DNA of 62,769 nt, counting the filler, from Porpidia crustulata (Eukaryota): NCBI GenBank assembly GCA_964255105.1. It is 12 parts of 12 records of this genome, joined end to end, with 100 filler letters (N's around TTAATTAATTAA, not from the genome) between each part and the next. Parts side by side here need not be neighbours in the genome. Positions count along the whole stretch, not along the records: positions 26,301 to 31,448 come from CAXUWE010001899.1; positions 31,549 to 36,692 come from CAXUWE010001900.1; positions 36,793 to 41,920 come from CAXUWE010001901.1; 9 more parts are not named here. The stretch is one strand, 5' to 3'. Both the position numbers and the translations under genes were made by a program. Position 1 is the first letter of the stretch, and every line of letters begins with the position of its first letter. This document shows, in pieces, positions 26,853-40,706 of this stretch. The notes beneath the pieces are model-generated. The model did no database searches, was not told the origin of the DNA, and saw only the letters and a list, made by a program, of their open reading frames with translations.

Positions 26853-29800
26853 ATGCGAACAAAGTCTTCGGGCTCCGCCGCAGAGGACAATGTTACTGGC
26901 GATGCAGTTGCAACCGAGTCCCCTTCAGAATCCAATGGCATCAGGAGAAGCTTTACTTCTGCTAAATACGACGTAATCAGGCACTCAGATACTCTGGACA
27001 GAAGGAAAGTTGAGAAATCATACGCATCGGCGCAAATGCCCCCAGACGGCTGGAAACCTTCTACCGGCACGCATGGGTCCCCCAAGAAGCAAACGCCCTT
27101 GACCCCCGAACAAAATGTGACCAGAATGGCAGATCTCCGAGGACGGCGCTCTTGGGTACGGAGTCCTTGGTCAAGCTCTCCACTGACGCTGTGCGCAACT
27201 GCGCTGGCGGTTGTCCTGCTTCTCTCCATTGTCCATTCCTTCGCTACATTACAGCTCGACTCCAAGGGCTGTGACATGTACTACACACGGTCTATCTTCT
27301 TCAAGTTTGCGGACTTCGACACTGAACACACGCGTTTTGCGAGTAAATACTCACTACACTTATACCGAGAGGGAGGCTTCGATGAAGATGCAAAGGCAAG
27401 AGTCTTCCTAAGCGGTACTATCGCTATTGACTGACGACGAACAGGTCAAGGGTGTTCCCGTACTCTTCATACCTGGCAACGCTGGCAGCTACAAGCAAGC
27501 AAGATCCCTTGCCTCTGAGTCTGCGCAGTATTTCTACAACAGCATTCAGCATGACTCCGCGGCTTTGAAAGATGGAGCGGCCAGCGTAGATTTCTTTTCT
27601 GTTGACTTCAACGAGGATTTCACCGCCTTGCACGGACAGACTTTGCTAGACCAGGCCGAGTACTTGAACGATGCCGTGGCCTATATCCTCTCTCTGTACC
27701 ATGACCCTCGACGCTCCCAACGCGATCCCGACTTACCGGATCCCAGTTCGGTCATCTTAGTCGGTCATTCCATGGGTGGGATTGCTGCCCGAACGATGCT
27801 TACGATGTCAAATTACCAATCAAACTCAGTTAACACAATTATCACAATATCTGCCCCACATGCTCGGCCGCCGGTTTCGGTCGATGCGGATATTGTTCAT
27901 ACGTACAATCAGATTAATGCCTACTGGAGACAAGCCTATTCGCAGAAATGGGCGAACGATAATCCTTTGTGGCATGTCACACTTATTTCTATTGCTGGTG
28001 GAAGCTTGGATACCATAGTGCCTTCGGATTACTCGAGCCTTTCATCGCTTGTCCCGAGCACACATGGATTCACAGTCTTTACTTCGTCCATACCAAGTAT
28101 GTGGACAGGCGCGGATCACATTCAGACGACCTGGTGTGTGCAGCTGGTGAGGCCTATCATTAGGTCCCTACTCGAGGCGATTGATGTCCACCGTCCGGGA
28201 CAGACAAAACCGAGGGCTGAACGTATGCGCATCTTCAAGAAATGGTATCTGACTGGACTTGAAGATAATGCAGAGAAATCCCTAACGTTGGAAGATCCCA
28301 CGATCTTGCTGACGTTAGAAGATAATTCGAATTCCATCATCTCGAAGGGTGAGAGGCTTGTTCTCAAAGAGTTTGGTCGAGCGGGGAAGCCAAAAGCATA
28401 CCTTGTGCCCATCCCAGTACAGGAGATGTCCGGTTCGAAAAGATTTAGTCTTTTGACAAATCTTCCGGTTGATGATCGTGCGAGTAGTGGCCATCTCGAG
28501 GTTTTGTTCTGCAGCGTCTTTCCTTTACAGGCTGGTCAAGCGGCAACACTCTTCTCTATGAATATGGACCTCTCTGATGGGACTTCGGGCTCAACCCGCC
28601 TAGCATGCAAGAATGCAGCTCCTGATACCATAAAATTGCCAGCCTCGACACGCTTATCGAAACACGCCTACGATCGAAATGCTCCTTTCTCCTATTTCCA
28701 GTACCACTTGGAGGATCTCGTAGAACACCAATTCGTCGCCGTGGTAGACAAAGCAACAGACTTAAGCCCTGGTTGGGTCATCGCCGAATTCACTGACAGC
28801 ATTGATACAGTCATCCGCGCCAACGTTGGCCTGCCACAGTTGCTGTCCCGAGGAATGCAGGTTAAGTTACCAGCTAGGAGGGCAATGATGACAGAGATCG
28901 AAATTCCCGCGTACCATTCAAGCCTACTTGCCTTTCACTTGACACTGGGTAGGCAAGCCTGCGGTGATGATGCAGAGCTATTCACTCCTCTTCTGCGCCA
29001 GTACCTTTCTGAACCTTACGAATCAAGATACTTTGTCAATCTCAAAAAGGCCAATATCAGCTTACACGGCATTGCTCCTTTCATGCCGCCACCTCTGCGA
29101 GATCAAAGTGCCCGGAACAATGGGGTTACCCTACAATTTTGGTCTGATCCAACATGTGACTCATCCATAGACGTTTCACTGAAAGTAGATGTTGCCGGAA
29201 GCATGGGTAAATTAGTGATGCGATACAGGATGGTCTTTGCCGCTTTTCCGCTGCTCGTTATAGCCCTCGGGCTTCGTAAACAATTTCAGGTCTACGACAG
29301 GACCGGTAAGATGAGATGCGAAGCCTGTACAGTCTAAATCAACGCTGATGTTTTATAGGGATCTTCATCAGCTTTGCAGAATCTATGGATCTATGTCTTA
29401 GATCGTCTTTACCGATTCTTCTCTTGGCCCTGTCTTTTCTCGCAATGTCTTTGGCAATTTCAAGCTCCACGCCTTCCAGGTCCTCCTCGCCTGGTTTCTT
29501 CGGTTGGAATCGAAATTCCACGAAGTCTGCGATTGATTATACCAAGAACGATCTCTTACTTGGCTCCCAAGACCCGATATTCTGGTTCCTCGTGCCGCTA
29601 GTGGGCTTGATCAGTGCGGGTCTTTGTGTACTCATCAATTGGGTCGCGCTCGGAGTTACCTCTCTGCTCTACATACCCTACAGCTTCCTGACAGCAAGAC
29701 CTGCATGGGCAAGGGCTGATGATGAAAGAAAAACCACCGTACCGGCTTTTGCCGCTAGTTCACCAAAAAGACGTTTTGCCACCACCCTGATATTACTCTC

Positions 29801-30489
29801 CCTCGTATCAACAGTCGTTCCTTATCAGTTTGCCTATCTTGTGGCCTGTATAGTACAATTGGCAACCTGCACGCGGGCGCTGAGGTTAGCCAGAGAGACT
29901 GTAGGTACACTATCTCCAGTAACCGACGACGATTCATGTGCTAATTCCCGCAGCGATCGGGAGCTAACTATAACTTTTACAACTACGCTCACTCCATCAT
30001 GATCCTAATGCTTTGGGTCCTACCCATTAATATACCTGTCCTGCTGGTGTGGGTACATAATCTCGCGGTGCATTGGCTTACCCCCTTTTCATCACATCAT
30101 AATGTCTTGTCGATAATGCCGTTTTTGATGCTAGTCGAAACCTTGACTTGTGGGAAGATGGTGCCAAGGCTGACTTCAAAGTAAGTCTTCCCTAGTTCTC
30201 CCACAGATGTCAAGGGGCAGCATAACTCTTGTCCGCCCCGTGAATTATGCATTTCTAATACCTTGCTGTGAACAGCTTCCGCTACATAACGAATATCCTC
30301 TTCTTCCTTCTTGCCGTCTGTGCTGCTGTCTACGGCGTCACCTATGCCTACCTGCTCCATCAACTTGTCAACTTCGTCTTCACTTGGCTCGTTGCTATTC
30401 ACTTTTCCGGCAGTAGTTTTTCCCTCTCGGGTCTCAGTCAGATCCTTGAAGACGATGAAAGCGAGGGCGATGTTAAGAAACGACCATAA
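26853..30489 (+). CDS. BST1: GPI inositol-deacylase Bst1/PGAP1
   Basis: N-terminal TM helix, GVPVLFIPGNAGSYKQ, LHGQTLLDQAEY, lipase motif VGHSMGG and a multi-TM C-terminus (WVHNLAVHWLTPFSSHHN). Confidence 0.93.
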
Positions 30490-31548
30490 CTGAATCCTGT
30501 TCGCCTAATGAAGCCAACCTGGCAACATCCCTCTCCGGCCTGCATTCGGTCTCGTGGCTAGCTGGAGCTAGACGGCAAATCATTAGATGAAACCATTTTC
30601 GTGTTCTCAGTGTGCTTCGGGCGATTGGTTTTCTAGCCGTGCGTGTGAGTCCTAATGTATATAGATCATAGGGCAGGATTAATGTCAGGGAATGTGTGTA
30701 CATAGATTAGAGGCGTTTCTGTGCCCTGAGGGGAGTTTTGTAGATGACGGGGGCTGAAGAGGTAATTATAATGACTCGGTACAAGGGAGGGTGTGTAGAT
30801 GCCTTGTTACTATAAACGTGGCCGTAATTCTCTTGTGGGTATGTGTCGTGCCAGTGATTTTCCACAACTTGGGCAAACTTATCCTTGTAACCAATGTAGA
30901 TAGATGAACATTTCAAGTAACCCTATCATGGAAAAAAGGATTCGGCATCCGAGCAAATCCCTCCCCCTTCCATCCTGCCATCCCTTATCTAACATCCAGA
31001 TATCCGCCCCCGCCTGTCCTTCCCGATTGACGCGGAGCGCAGAGGGGAAAAATGCATCAAAAATCGAATCAACCTAGCCCCGCCGCGGCGGTTCCGTGTC
31101 CGTGTCCGGACCGTCTAAGCCTAAGCGCCTGCAATGCAGCTGTGTGGGTTCCGTTGGAAGTAGATAAAGGAAAAGTTGTTGTGGTGATCAAGGTGATGCG
31201 GTGGAGAGGACGGGGGGATGAAGCATGCCGATAAGTCGTCGCCTGGAGATCACGGAAACTAGGGAAATATTGCAAGTACGTCCGTGCAGCCACGGATCTT
31301 TTGACCGGTGGACCTCTGTTGGAGAGAGCCATGGGGCTGCTTCGCTTGACGCACGTCCCATAGCGCCGCCAACATTATCGCTCGCATGTTGGATCTCAGC
31401 CTCGGTCACTCCCACTCCCAAAACGGTTTCTTACCCATCCACTGAACCNNNNNNNNNNNNNNNNNNNNNNNNNNNNNNNNNNNNNNNNNNNNTTAATTAA
31501 TTAANNNNNNNNNNNNNNNNNNNNNNNNNNNNNNNNNNNNNNNNNNNN

Positions 31549-33157
31549 CGATCATCCTCCGTGCCTCCGCTTTTCATAATCTCCGCCTTTTCCCTCTCCT
31601 TGGCATCGCGCTCGTGTTTGGCTTTCTGGAATTCCTCAAAGGGATCGACGTAGATGACAACGTCCTTGATCAGCACGTCTTCCAGGGGTCTCTTGTCGGC
31701 GTCGCTGACGTCTACGTTTTCGATCCGGCCGAGGGTTTCCAGGCCGCCGACCACGCGGCCGAAGATGGTGTGTTTGCGGTCGAGGTGTTTTGCGGGGCGG
31801 AAGAGGATGAAGAACTGGCTGCCATTGGTGTTTTTACCCTTGTTCGCCATGCTGAGCACGCCCCTTGCGTCGTGGCTTAGTGGTCCATCGAATTCATCCT
31901 GGAAATTTTTACCCCATACGCTGGCGCCGCCTCGTCCGGTGCCGGTTGGGTCACCGCCTTGCACCATGAAATTCCGGATGACGCGGTGGAACGCCACGTC
32001 TTTGTAATACCCCTTTTGAGCCAGCTTTACAAAATTCCATACCGCTCGAGGGGCAAATTCGGGAAGCAGTTCGAGGTTAAGATCCCCGAACGAGGTGTGT
32101 AAGCGCGCGTAGCCGGAGGTCTTCACACGGCGCGGTTTAAGCATGTATTCTTCGTCTGAAAGTAAGGCGCGGTCGGCGGAGGTATGTGGAGTGAGGCCTG
32201 TGGAGGTAAATGATGCGGCGGCTTTGCCAGTGGTATGTTGAGCGGCGTTGTAGGGGATTGTGGAGGGATTGGAGGTTTGAGTTGTGGTTTTGCTGGTCGC
32301 TGATGAATTATTTGAGAGAGGTTTTATGGGTAAAGGAGTAATGTTTTGAGGTAGGTATTTGCCGGCCCGTCGCTCTGGATCTACTGGAGGTGATTCTTTG
32401 CTGGTGAGGACTGCCGCGGCATTTCCAAGAGCTTTCTTGTTCAGATTACGACTCGGATCATCTCTTTCTCTTTGCTGCTCTTCGGTCAACGTGCTGATAC
32501 CGTCTTGGAAATATTTGAACGAGCTCAAATTTCTAGCCTCGACATTCTGCGGATCTTGTAAAGTGATGATGTCCTTCCTACTAAAATCTTCATCGCTGAC
32601 AAGATCTCTCCACATCTTGGCCTTGATATTGAGCCTTTCGACTGTGTCATATGCAAAGACATTGCCAGAGGCCTTTAGCGCAACGATATGAGTATTGTCT
32701 GTAAATACTTTGAAAGTCACCGGGTCCACCATTTCTTCTTCTTCATTCTTGTGAAACTTAAGCTTGATAAGCTCGTCGGATTTCAAGGGCTTCCCCGTAA
32801 CGGGATTGGTGCCGTGTTTCTTCAACCATGGGAGAATGTTGGTAATGTCGAATATTGTTCCGTCCACGGTGCATACAGGATGGGAGAATGGTTGCAGAGA
32901 TATGGCGCAGAAATTGTATGGTAGACGTTTGAAGGAGCCATCGGCCTTGGCTGACTTTGTGCCAGAGCCAGCACTGGCGGAGTACGCATCTTCAGAGGCC
33001 CACTCGCTGTGGGTGATCTAGTATGCGGTGTAAGTGATGGGAAAGTGCCTGGATGGGCAGAATTACTTACGTATAGTTTGTCGGTGCCTATCGAAGCAGT
33101 CAGTACAGAACTTGACTGTGATATAATGGACTATTGAATATCCTCACCTTTTCCCAT
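31549..33157 (-). CDS. PPIL2: U-box/cyclophilin peptidyl-prolyl isomerase PPIL2 (Cyp60-like), 3' truncated
   Basis: Micro-exons give MGKGTDKLYITHSEW, followed by FKRLPYNFCAISLQP and the cyclophilin motifs FHRVIRNFMVQGGDPTGTGRGG, LSMANKGKNTNGSQFF and HLDRKHTIFG. Confidence 0.92.
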
Positions 33158-33635
33158 GGTGTGGATGCAGTAGAATTTCTACCACACTGAAACTGTGATG
33201 TTGATGGATTACTCAGCGCCGATTTGGCAGCGCCGCCAATCACGTTACTCAATCTTCATGCCCCTGATCGAACAAAATCCTGAATCAAACATTGATGAAG
33301 ACTTTAACCATAAACTGGCCTTTTTATTACATAGATTCAAATATGACTTCGCAAAGTCCAAGTCTATCTAATAACCTAGCCGTCCGCGCAAGATCTCTGC
33401 CTCCAAAACGCTAGGATGAACCAACGATTTCGCATCTTTTCATTCCAAATCCATCCCCTAATGGCCTTTTGAGAAGTGTTAATATTTCTGCAAATCCGCG
33501 ACTTCTAAAAAAATGTTTCCGCACCCACGCTATGCTAAGCGCAGCAAACTTCTCCTCGAGATGCCCCCCCAAAACCCCAACAGAAGCAGTCGAAAAAGGA
33601 TGTGAGCACGTGAACAGTTATTTGACTTATTCAAT

Positions 33636-35300
33636 TCATAACACGCCCCCAGGTAGCTGCAAACTACTTCCCCCAGCTCTTCCACTACCAACAACGGGCA
33701 TTTCGAACCCTCCGCTTGTTGGCCCCGAGTGTCCCTCCATCGGCGCCGCGTGTCTTCTTAGCATAAACATTGGCTTCTTCCCTTCCCTGTCCAATTGCTT
33801 GAATAAAATCAATGGTTTCTCTTCCAAACCCAAACACCGTTCCTGATCACCGTAAACTATATACAGCGCATATTGCCGCCAATCTGCGTTAATGTTGTAC
33901 TTTTTCAAAGCAGCTGGAAGGACTTTGTGACAAGGGTCCTCCATACTGACGCGAAACGACTTGAATATCTCGACAGAGGGGGTTTCGCGATCACGACTAC
34001 TGCCACCAGAGCTGGGTGGCTCATCTTGTGGGTCGTTTCGAAGTCCCCGTGTGCTGCGGGAGGAGGAGCCAGGGGTAGGGGTTGGATTGCTTCGATCAGG
34101 GTTGTTCGGAGGAAAAGTCGTATATTGCGCTTGTTGTAAGTCATCGGGGTGTGGATTATACCTGCCGGTAAGAGGGGTTTGGCCTTCGCGGAAGGCACGC
34201 GAATGGAGGGTCGGTTGGTTGGCGTAGGTATTTGGAGACGTAGGGGATGGGATATTGGCTTGATTTGGAGACGTTGCTGGCTGCGACCCGCCAGTCACGG
34301 ACGCGGTAAGATGCGATTGAGCCGCCATGGCTGCTGCTGAGGGGTCGAGGTTGGAATTATCGTTGATCATCTTTCCTTCTGGTATGGACTGGGGGATGTG
34401 GGTTGGTGAATTGTTTTTTGGCGTGGAGCCAAGGAATAATCGCTTTGTGGAGAATTTGCGTGATAGACTGCTCCCACTCTTTTCCGATGGTGGTTGTGAT
34501 AGGGTATCTTCGTAATTAGTGAGGTCTGGGCTCGCACTAGGGGGGTGAAAGGGAAGTGGTTGTGATCGATCTTTGACCATTCGGAAGATTGGTAAAAGCT
34601 CGTCCCGTAGCTTGCGGTTATCTTCAACCAGTCTTCGTAGTTCGTTTTCCATATGTATTAAACGCTCATCCCTTAATCTCATGGACTGTATGACTCGTGA
34701 TATATCATCTTGAGTGGCTGTTTGCTCACTTGCACTGGCCTCAGCCGCTAGATCAATTTAGCGTTACAAGATCCGTATAGATGGGCGCGATATCCTACTG
34801 ACATGGAGGTATATAATGGTCCGGGTCAAAGGGTATCTCCTGCTTGATCTTGACGTCGTAAACACCCTTTAGGATAGTGAGCCGATGTCCCATGCTAATA
34901 ATTGCCATTTCTTTTAGATCTTCGTGTTTCAGTGCAATCAAAGCTTCTCCAATAATCTCGTTTTCTAGCGAGAACCAAAAAGTCAGCTACTACTCGAGTG
35001 TGACTTACAAGGCTCTGGTGTTGACTTACCCAGGAATTGATCACAGTATTGCGGTAGCCCCAAGCTTGCAACATAGTCGGCGCATTGTCCACTAGTCCAC
35101 TGTATTATCGAGTTACCGGGCGAAAGTTTATCAGTATCAGATCGTCCGAAGGTCGGGGTGGGTTCTGTAGAAGGAGGGTCGGAGTCTGTGGGTGAAGTAT
35201 CGTCGTCGGTAGGAAGGATGGGCGAGGTCATTTCGGTTCGTTCGTACTCATCGTCGGCATCGGAATCAGCATGATATGCTGTTGGAAATGCCATCCTCAT
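33636..35300 (-). CDS. STE50: MAPKKK-cascade adaptor Ste50 (SAM + RA domains)
   Basis: SAM domain (WTSGQCADYVASLGL..IIGEALIAL..MGHRLTILK) and RA domain (FKSFRVSMEDPCHKVLPAALKKYNI..KPMFMLR). Confidence 0.9.
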
Positions 35301-36424
35301 CAATTCTTAGATCATGGCAGACCCAACTATGGGTTCTAGGAAATTGTCCCTTGTATTGAGGCACTGCAGAAGCCTCAAGAACCAGCTATGGCGACGGAAC
35401 GGCGTGGTAATACCCGTAGATAGTAGGTGTAGATGTATCAGAGACGTGATCCTCGCGGCTGGTCGTGTGACTCGAGGAAACGCTTGGTAAAGTGAACGGT
35501 TGATCCGGTTGCGGTAGGCGGATAGCAACAGCAAGGAGCGCGGGGCGGATAGAATGGCGAGGACGAGGTATCTTCAGGTCTGGTCTGGTTCAAGAAGCGT
35601 CTTTGATACAGCCACAGCAGGAACAGCTATGTAGTAAGGCTTGCTATACAGTAAAGCTTACGAATGTACCATAATCTATATCAGATCGTGAAGCTCGTAG
35701 TAGTAACGGAAGTGGTGAGGGTCCTCGAGCCATGCAAAGAGGCTAGCGCAAAGCGGGCCGCGCAGGCTCCCACCACTTTCCAGAGACGAACAAGACATCA
35801 ACAATACCTACATAGTAATATACCTGCCAGCCTGCCAACCACGCCAACCTATTTCGAGCATCTTAATTTAATTATGAGGATAAAGAGTGGAATAGACCAT
35901 CTAGCCGCATGGTCCAAAATCCTGGAAAGTGACTGCGCTTGATTAGAGTGCCAGCTCTCACCAGAGTAAGGTATTTATCCAAATGGCCATATCGCCATGT
36001 GGTGGCCTTTGCGTCCCTAGAGCTATTTTACTGTCTGACAGCGCTCCAGCTCACAATGGAGCTTCGAATCGTCATGGCCGCGAGGTAGGAGGTACTTGGA
36101 CATGACGTAGAAGATATATGTCCAGACTTGCCTTCCTCTTGCAAGATCGATCTTACCATTGACAAGGAAGAGATGGTACGAGGAAGCTTCATCCTGGCAG
36201 GATGGTGCCTTCCCAAAGACCGCTGTTGGTAGTCTTCTATTAGCCGCTCTCAAATCTTATGAATTTTCCTTCTTACTTCCAAGCTTTTCAGGATCAACAT
36301 TCGTTAGCAAGCAAAAGTCTTTTCTGCTTACTGTCAATCAATATCTTACCGTAAATTTGATTATTCGCTCGACAGAAAGTCTCTACATTCATTCTGCCTA
36401 ATTATATTCCATCCATCCTCAAAG

Positions 36425-36692
36425 ATGAGGTTTGGTCTCAATTTCCTTGCTTTCACAGGGCTTGCTCTGGCGGCACCTACGCCTCAACTTGTGAATCTCG
36501 AAGCTATTGATGCTTTACCTTCACCGGTTCAAGTAATAGCACCCCTCGACAAAATCCGAGATGATCCTATCATACCCAGCCCAACTAATCCCCTTTTTAC
36601 CCTTTTTATTACGCCTCCCCCCGCTCCAACCCCACAAATATTATTTACAACACGACCAAAGCAAAGAGCCAAAATCGTACAAATAGATGGTT
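36425..36692 (+). CDS. Putative secreted protein, N-terminal fragment
   Basis: Signal peptide MRFGLNFLAFTGLALA followed by APTPQ and a Pro-rich region. The ORF runs into the contig end. Confidence 0.55.
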
Positions 36693-38236
36693 NNNNNNNN
36701 NNNNNNNNNNNNNNNNNNNNNNNNNNNNNNNNNNNNTTAATTAATTAANNNNNNNNNNNNNNNNNNNNNNNNNNNNNNNNNNNNNNNNNNNNTTGAATTG
36801 GGCTCGGGATGACAAAGTAATGCAGGGAAGGCAAATTGCAGTGCGCAGTGGTTATAGCCCTAGCGCTAAGCCCCTAATGGCTAGCTGTAGAGCTGGGGTG
36901 TATATGTAAGAAATTTGGGGTGTATATCTGGAAAGATGGGGTGTACGAATAATGGGATCCTTTTTGAAAAGCACTGGTTTTGGTGTAAAAGCGGGATAGC
37001 CGAAGACTTTTGCCCACTAGCTGTAGTACCTGGCCCCCCAGGCTCGACGGGTGTAGCTTCAACGTACCACATCGCGGACGAATTTCAATAAAGAAGCCAA
37101 AAACGATTGATAAAGCCAACCAAACGATTCTAGCCATGACCGCCGAAGAAAAGCAAACCTGCCGCCTATTGAATGCTGGGCTGCGAGGAGCAAGCTTTCC
37201 TCAAATTTCAAAATTCTCAATCAGAGGTACAAAATAAAACTTAAGTATTAGGAAATGTGAGATCAATTCCTAAATTGAAAAGATGATCAGAGAGAAAGAA
37301 GAATTAATGCTGCTTAAAATTCATGTTGCCAGAACGTGCTAAAGAAGGAACTCTTCAAGTGTACTTTGAACAGCATTAGCATTTACTAGAAGGACGTAAT
37401 CTTGAGTCATTGAAAAGAAACATAACTACATCAAGTCAGACACTCAAAACTAGACGTTCTGTAGTAAAGAGCTTTAGTCGGAGACTCGGCCGAAACATTT
37501 TTGTCTTGTCCCCAGAAAGGATTTCCTTGAGATTTCTGCACGACGCTTGCAACAAAAGAACCAGATCCAATAAACTGACAGAGGAGTAAATTGGCTTGTA
37601 GGCCAAGGAAAGGTAACAAGGAAGATTTCCTTAGACGGAATGTAAGGAATTTTCCCACCACAGCTGTAAGCCTTAATGTTTGAGGTGTTGGAACTCAATG
37701 GATATAGTGGATTAGCAAAGCGACAGGTGCGGTCGCATTCTCCTTCAACACGTATTTCAAGTCTCACTTCTGGCTGATGGATGTCTATTCAATCGCAAGG
37801 TATTTTCGCACGTGAACGCTAAGGCAGCCCTTGTTATGGGAGCAGGATCGAGCCCAAGACCTACGCCAGCTTGATTTACTCCATAGACCAAAGTAAATGT
37901 ATTTCTGAGTACATTAGATGGTAGTTAAAACACTCAATATTATCCTGGCACTCCTGGTCATCACTCAAGAGAAGGATAGCGGCTAGCCATAAGCAGGCAC
38001 GCGCGAGTCTCAGAAGAGCTTAGCTTACGGCGCTAAATCTAACCCCGGCAGATGTTCTCGAAGGACTTTAGCTTAAGTTCTTCAAGGTAGGGCTGAACAG
38101 ACATTTTAGGCTGACTTACCAACTTTTCGCTGACGTACATTCGAAGAAGTGGCATTCAGTTCCGTGACCTCAAGTGCTTTGATTTGATGTTAAGGGCTCG
38201 CTATTTCAATTTTCTTTTACCTCTATGATTGTAGAT

Positions 38237-38243
38237 TGACTCA
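38237..38243 (+). promoter_or_regulatory. Cross-pathway control element TGACTCA (Gcn4/CpcA/CPC-1 site)
   Basis: Perfect TGACTCA about 46 nt upstream of the Trp synthase ATG. A second copy (TGAGTCA) lies at 37403-37409. Confidence 0.5.
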
Positions 38244-38288
38244 ATACTTAAGCCTTTACCCCACGTGTGTTTGCAGATTAACCTGAAA

Positions 38289-40706
38289 ATGGAAAATATC
38301 AAGAAGAGCTTTACTAGATGTGCGGCCGAAAAGCGGCCAGCACTGGTGACTTATGTCACGGCAGGCTTTCCCACCCAGGAGGCCACTGTCGATATCCTGT
38401 TGGGCTTGCAACGCGGCCATGCTGATGTGATTGAGCTCGGAATCCCTTACTCAGACCCAATTGCAGATGGGGAAACCATTACCAAAGCGAGCATGACAGC
38501 TCTGTCCAATGGCGTGACTATAGAATCCACGCTTCAGACCGTCAAGGATGCTCGCAGTCAAGGCTTACAGATTCCTGTGCTTTTCATGGGATACTATAAT
38601 CCAATGTTAAGCTATGGGGAGCAACGACTCCTCAACGATGCCAAAAAAGCTGGCGTGGACGGCTTCATTATTGTCGATCTGCCCCCGGAAGAAGCTGTTA
38701 GGCTGCGCGATTACTGTACTAAAGCTGGGTGCGTAGATGTCCTCTCATCGAGTATCGCTCTAATTTGTTAGGTTATCTTATATTCCTTTGATTTCCCCCG
38801 CTACCTCGGAATCCCGTATGAAGCTGCTTTGCAAGATAGCAGATTCATTCATCTACGTCGTGTCGCGGATGTCAGTGACGGGCGATACTACGGGGACGCT
38901 GAACGCTGATTTACCGAACCTCTTGGAACGCGTCCATACGTACTCAGGTGGGATACCTGCCGCTGTTGGATTTGGCGTTCAGTCTCGCGAGCACTACCTC
39001 AGCATTGCAAGTATAGCAGAAGGAGTCGTGATTGGAAGTCAGATTATTCGGGAGCTCTCGCAAGCAGTGCCGGGTAAAGAAGGGCTGGCGGTTGAAAAAT
39101 ATTGTCGAAAAATCACTGGTCACGACGATAGCAGCAATAACCTTACACACGAGGTTGGTATCGTTGAAACTCTAGCTGAAGCCAGAGAGCCTAATGGGTC
39201 TCTTGCACAAGCCGACAAGGTCATTACCGCTGCAGAAACCAACGGACACACAAACGACTTAGTTGACCAGCTCGAGGCGCTTAACACTGACTCCACGAAT
39301 TCTCTCCCCATGCGGTTCGGCGAGTATGGAGGCCAATACGTTCCGGAGGCTTTGGTTGATTGCCTGGCCGAGCTGGACAGAGGTTTTCAATCGGCGGTGA
39401 ATGATCTCAAGTTCTGGGAAGAGTTCAGATCCTACTACCCATACATGGGCCGGCCATCATCACTCCAGTTCGCCAATCGTCTGACAGAGCATGTCGGTGC
39501 TGGGAACATCTATCTAAAGCGAGAGGATCTTCTACATACGGGATCACATAAGATCAATAATGCTATTGGTCAGATCTTGCTTGCCAGACGACTCGGCAAG
39601 ACCGAGATAATTGCAGAGACCGGCGCCGGCCAAGTGAGTTTTACCGAAATGAGCACAAAGTGAAGACTAATGAGCGTTGCTAGCACGGCGTCGCCACAGC
39701 CACTGTATGTGCTAAATTTGGCATGAAATGTACTATTTACATGGGTAAGTTCGGTCCCATATCCCTCCTCCTCCTCCTCCTCCTCCTTATCTTTGTCCTT
39801 CTCTCTCTCTCTCTCCCCCCCTCTCGCTCACATGCCCTTGACTGACCTTCCTAGGCGCCGAGGATGTAAGAAGACAGTCTCTCAACGTCTTTCGAATGAA
39901 ACTTCTTGGTGCAAAGGTCGTGGCTGTCGATGCTGGATCACGAACCTTAAGAGATGCCGTTAATGAGTGCCTACGAAACTGGGTTAAGACACTCTCCACT
40001 ACGCATTACATTATTGGGTATGTACCATTCTTATAGTAATTGCACGCTGACCATGTGCAGGTCAGCGATTGGACCGCATCCGTTTCCTACGATTGTCCGA
40101 ACATTTCAAAGCGTCATCGGCCAGGAGACGAGAGCGCAGATGCTGGAGCTGCGCGGTAAGCTACCCCACACAGTAGTAGCATGCGTAGGTGGAGGTAGTA
40201 ATGCCTCTGGAATGTTCGCTCCCTTCATCAAGGACTCAGCGGTCAAGCTTCTAGGCGTTGAGGCTGGTGGCGATGGTCTCAAATCGATGAGGCATGCGGC
40301 CGCGCTTAGCGGTGGTACGAAAGGAGTTCTTCACGGCGTTAAGACCTACATATTACAAGATCAGTATGGCCAGATTAGTGATACCCACTCTATCTCAGCT
40401 GGACTAGACTATCCCGGCGTTGGACCCGAGCTGGCTTCTTGGAAAGATTCCAACCGGGTGAGCTATATCACTGCCACGGATGCTGAGGCGCTCAAAGGTT
40501 TTAAAATGCTGAGTGAGCTTGAGGGGGTGATTCCGGCTCTGGAGACATCTCACGCTGTCTGGGGTGCGATGGAGCTTGCAAAGACGATATCCAAAGACGA
40601 AGATATTGTGATTTGCTTGAGCGGGCGCGGAGATAAGGATGTCCAAACTGTGGCGGACGAGCTACCAAAGTTTGGTCCACAGATTGGATGGGACTTGCGA
40701 TTCTAG
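38289..40706 (+). CDS. TRP5: Tryptophan synthase (fused alpha-beta, fungal type)
   Basis: Alpha domain: [29 protein letters not shown]. Beta domain: [54 protein letters not shown]. Confidence 0.95.
39764..39824 (+). repeat. (CCT)n and (CT)n microsatellites in a Trp synthase intron
   Basis: Pyrimidine-rich simple repeats visible directly in the intron at about 39746-39854. Confidence 0.8.

Noticed and set aside
30950..31448. Minus-strand ORFs at the end of the BST1 contig
   Set aside because: Possibly the 3' end of a truncated gene, but neither frame nor product can be established.
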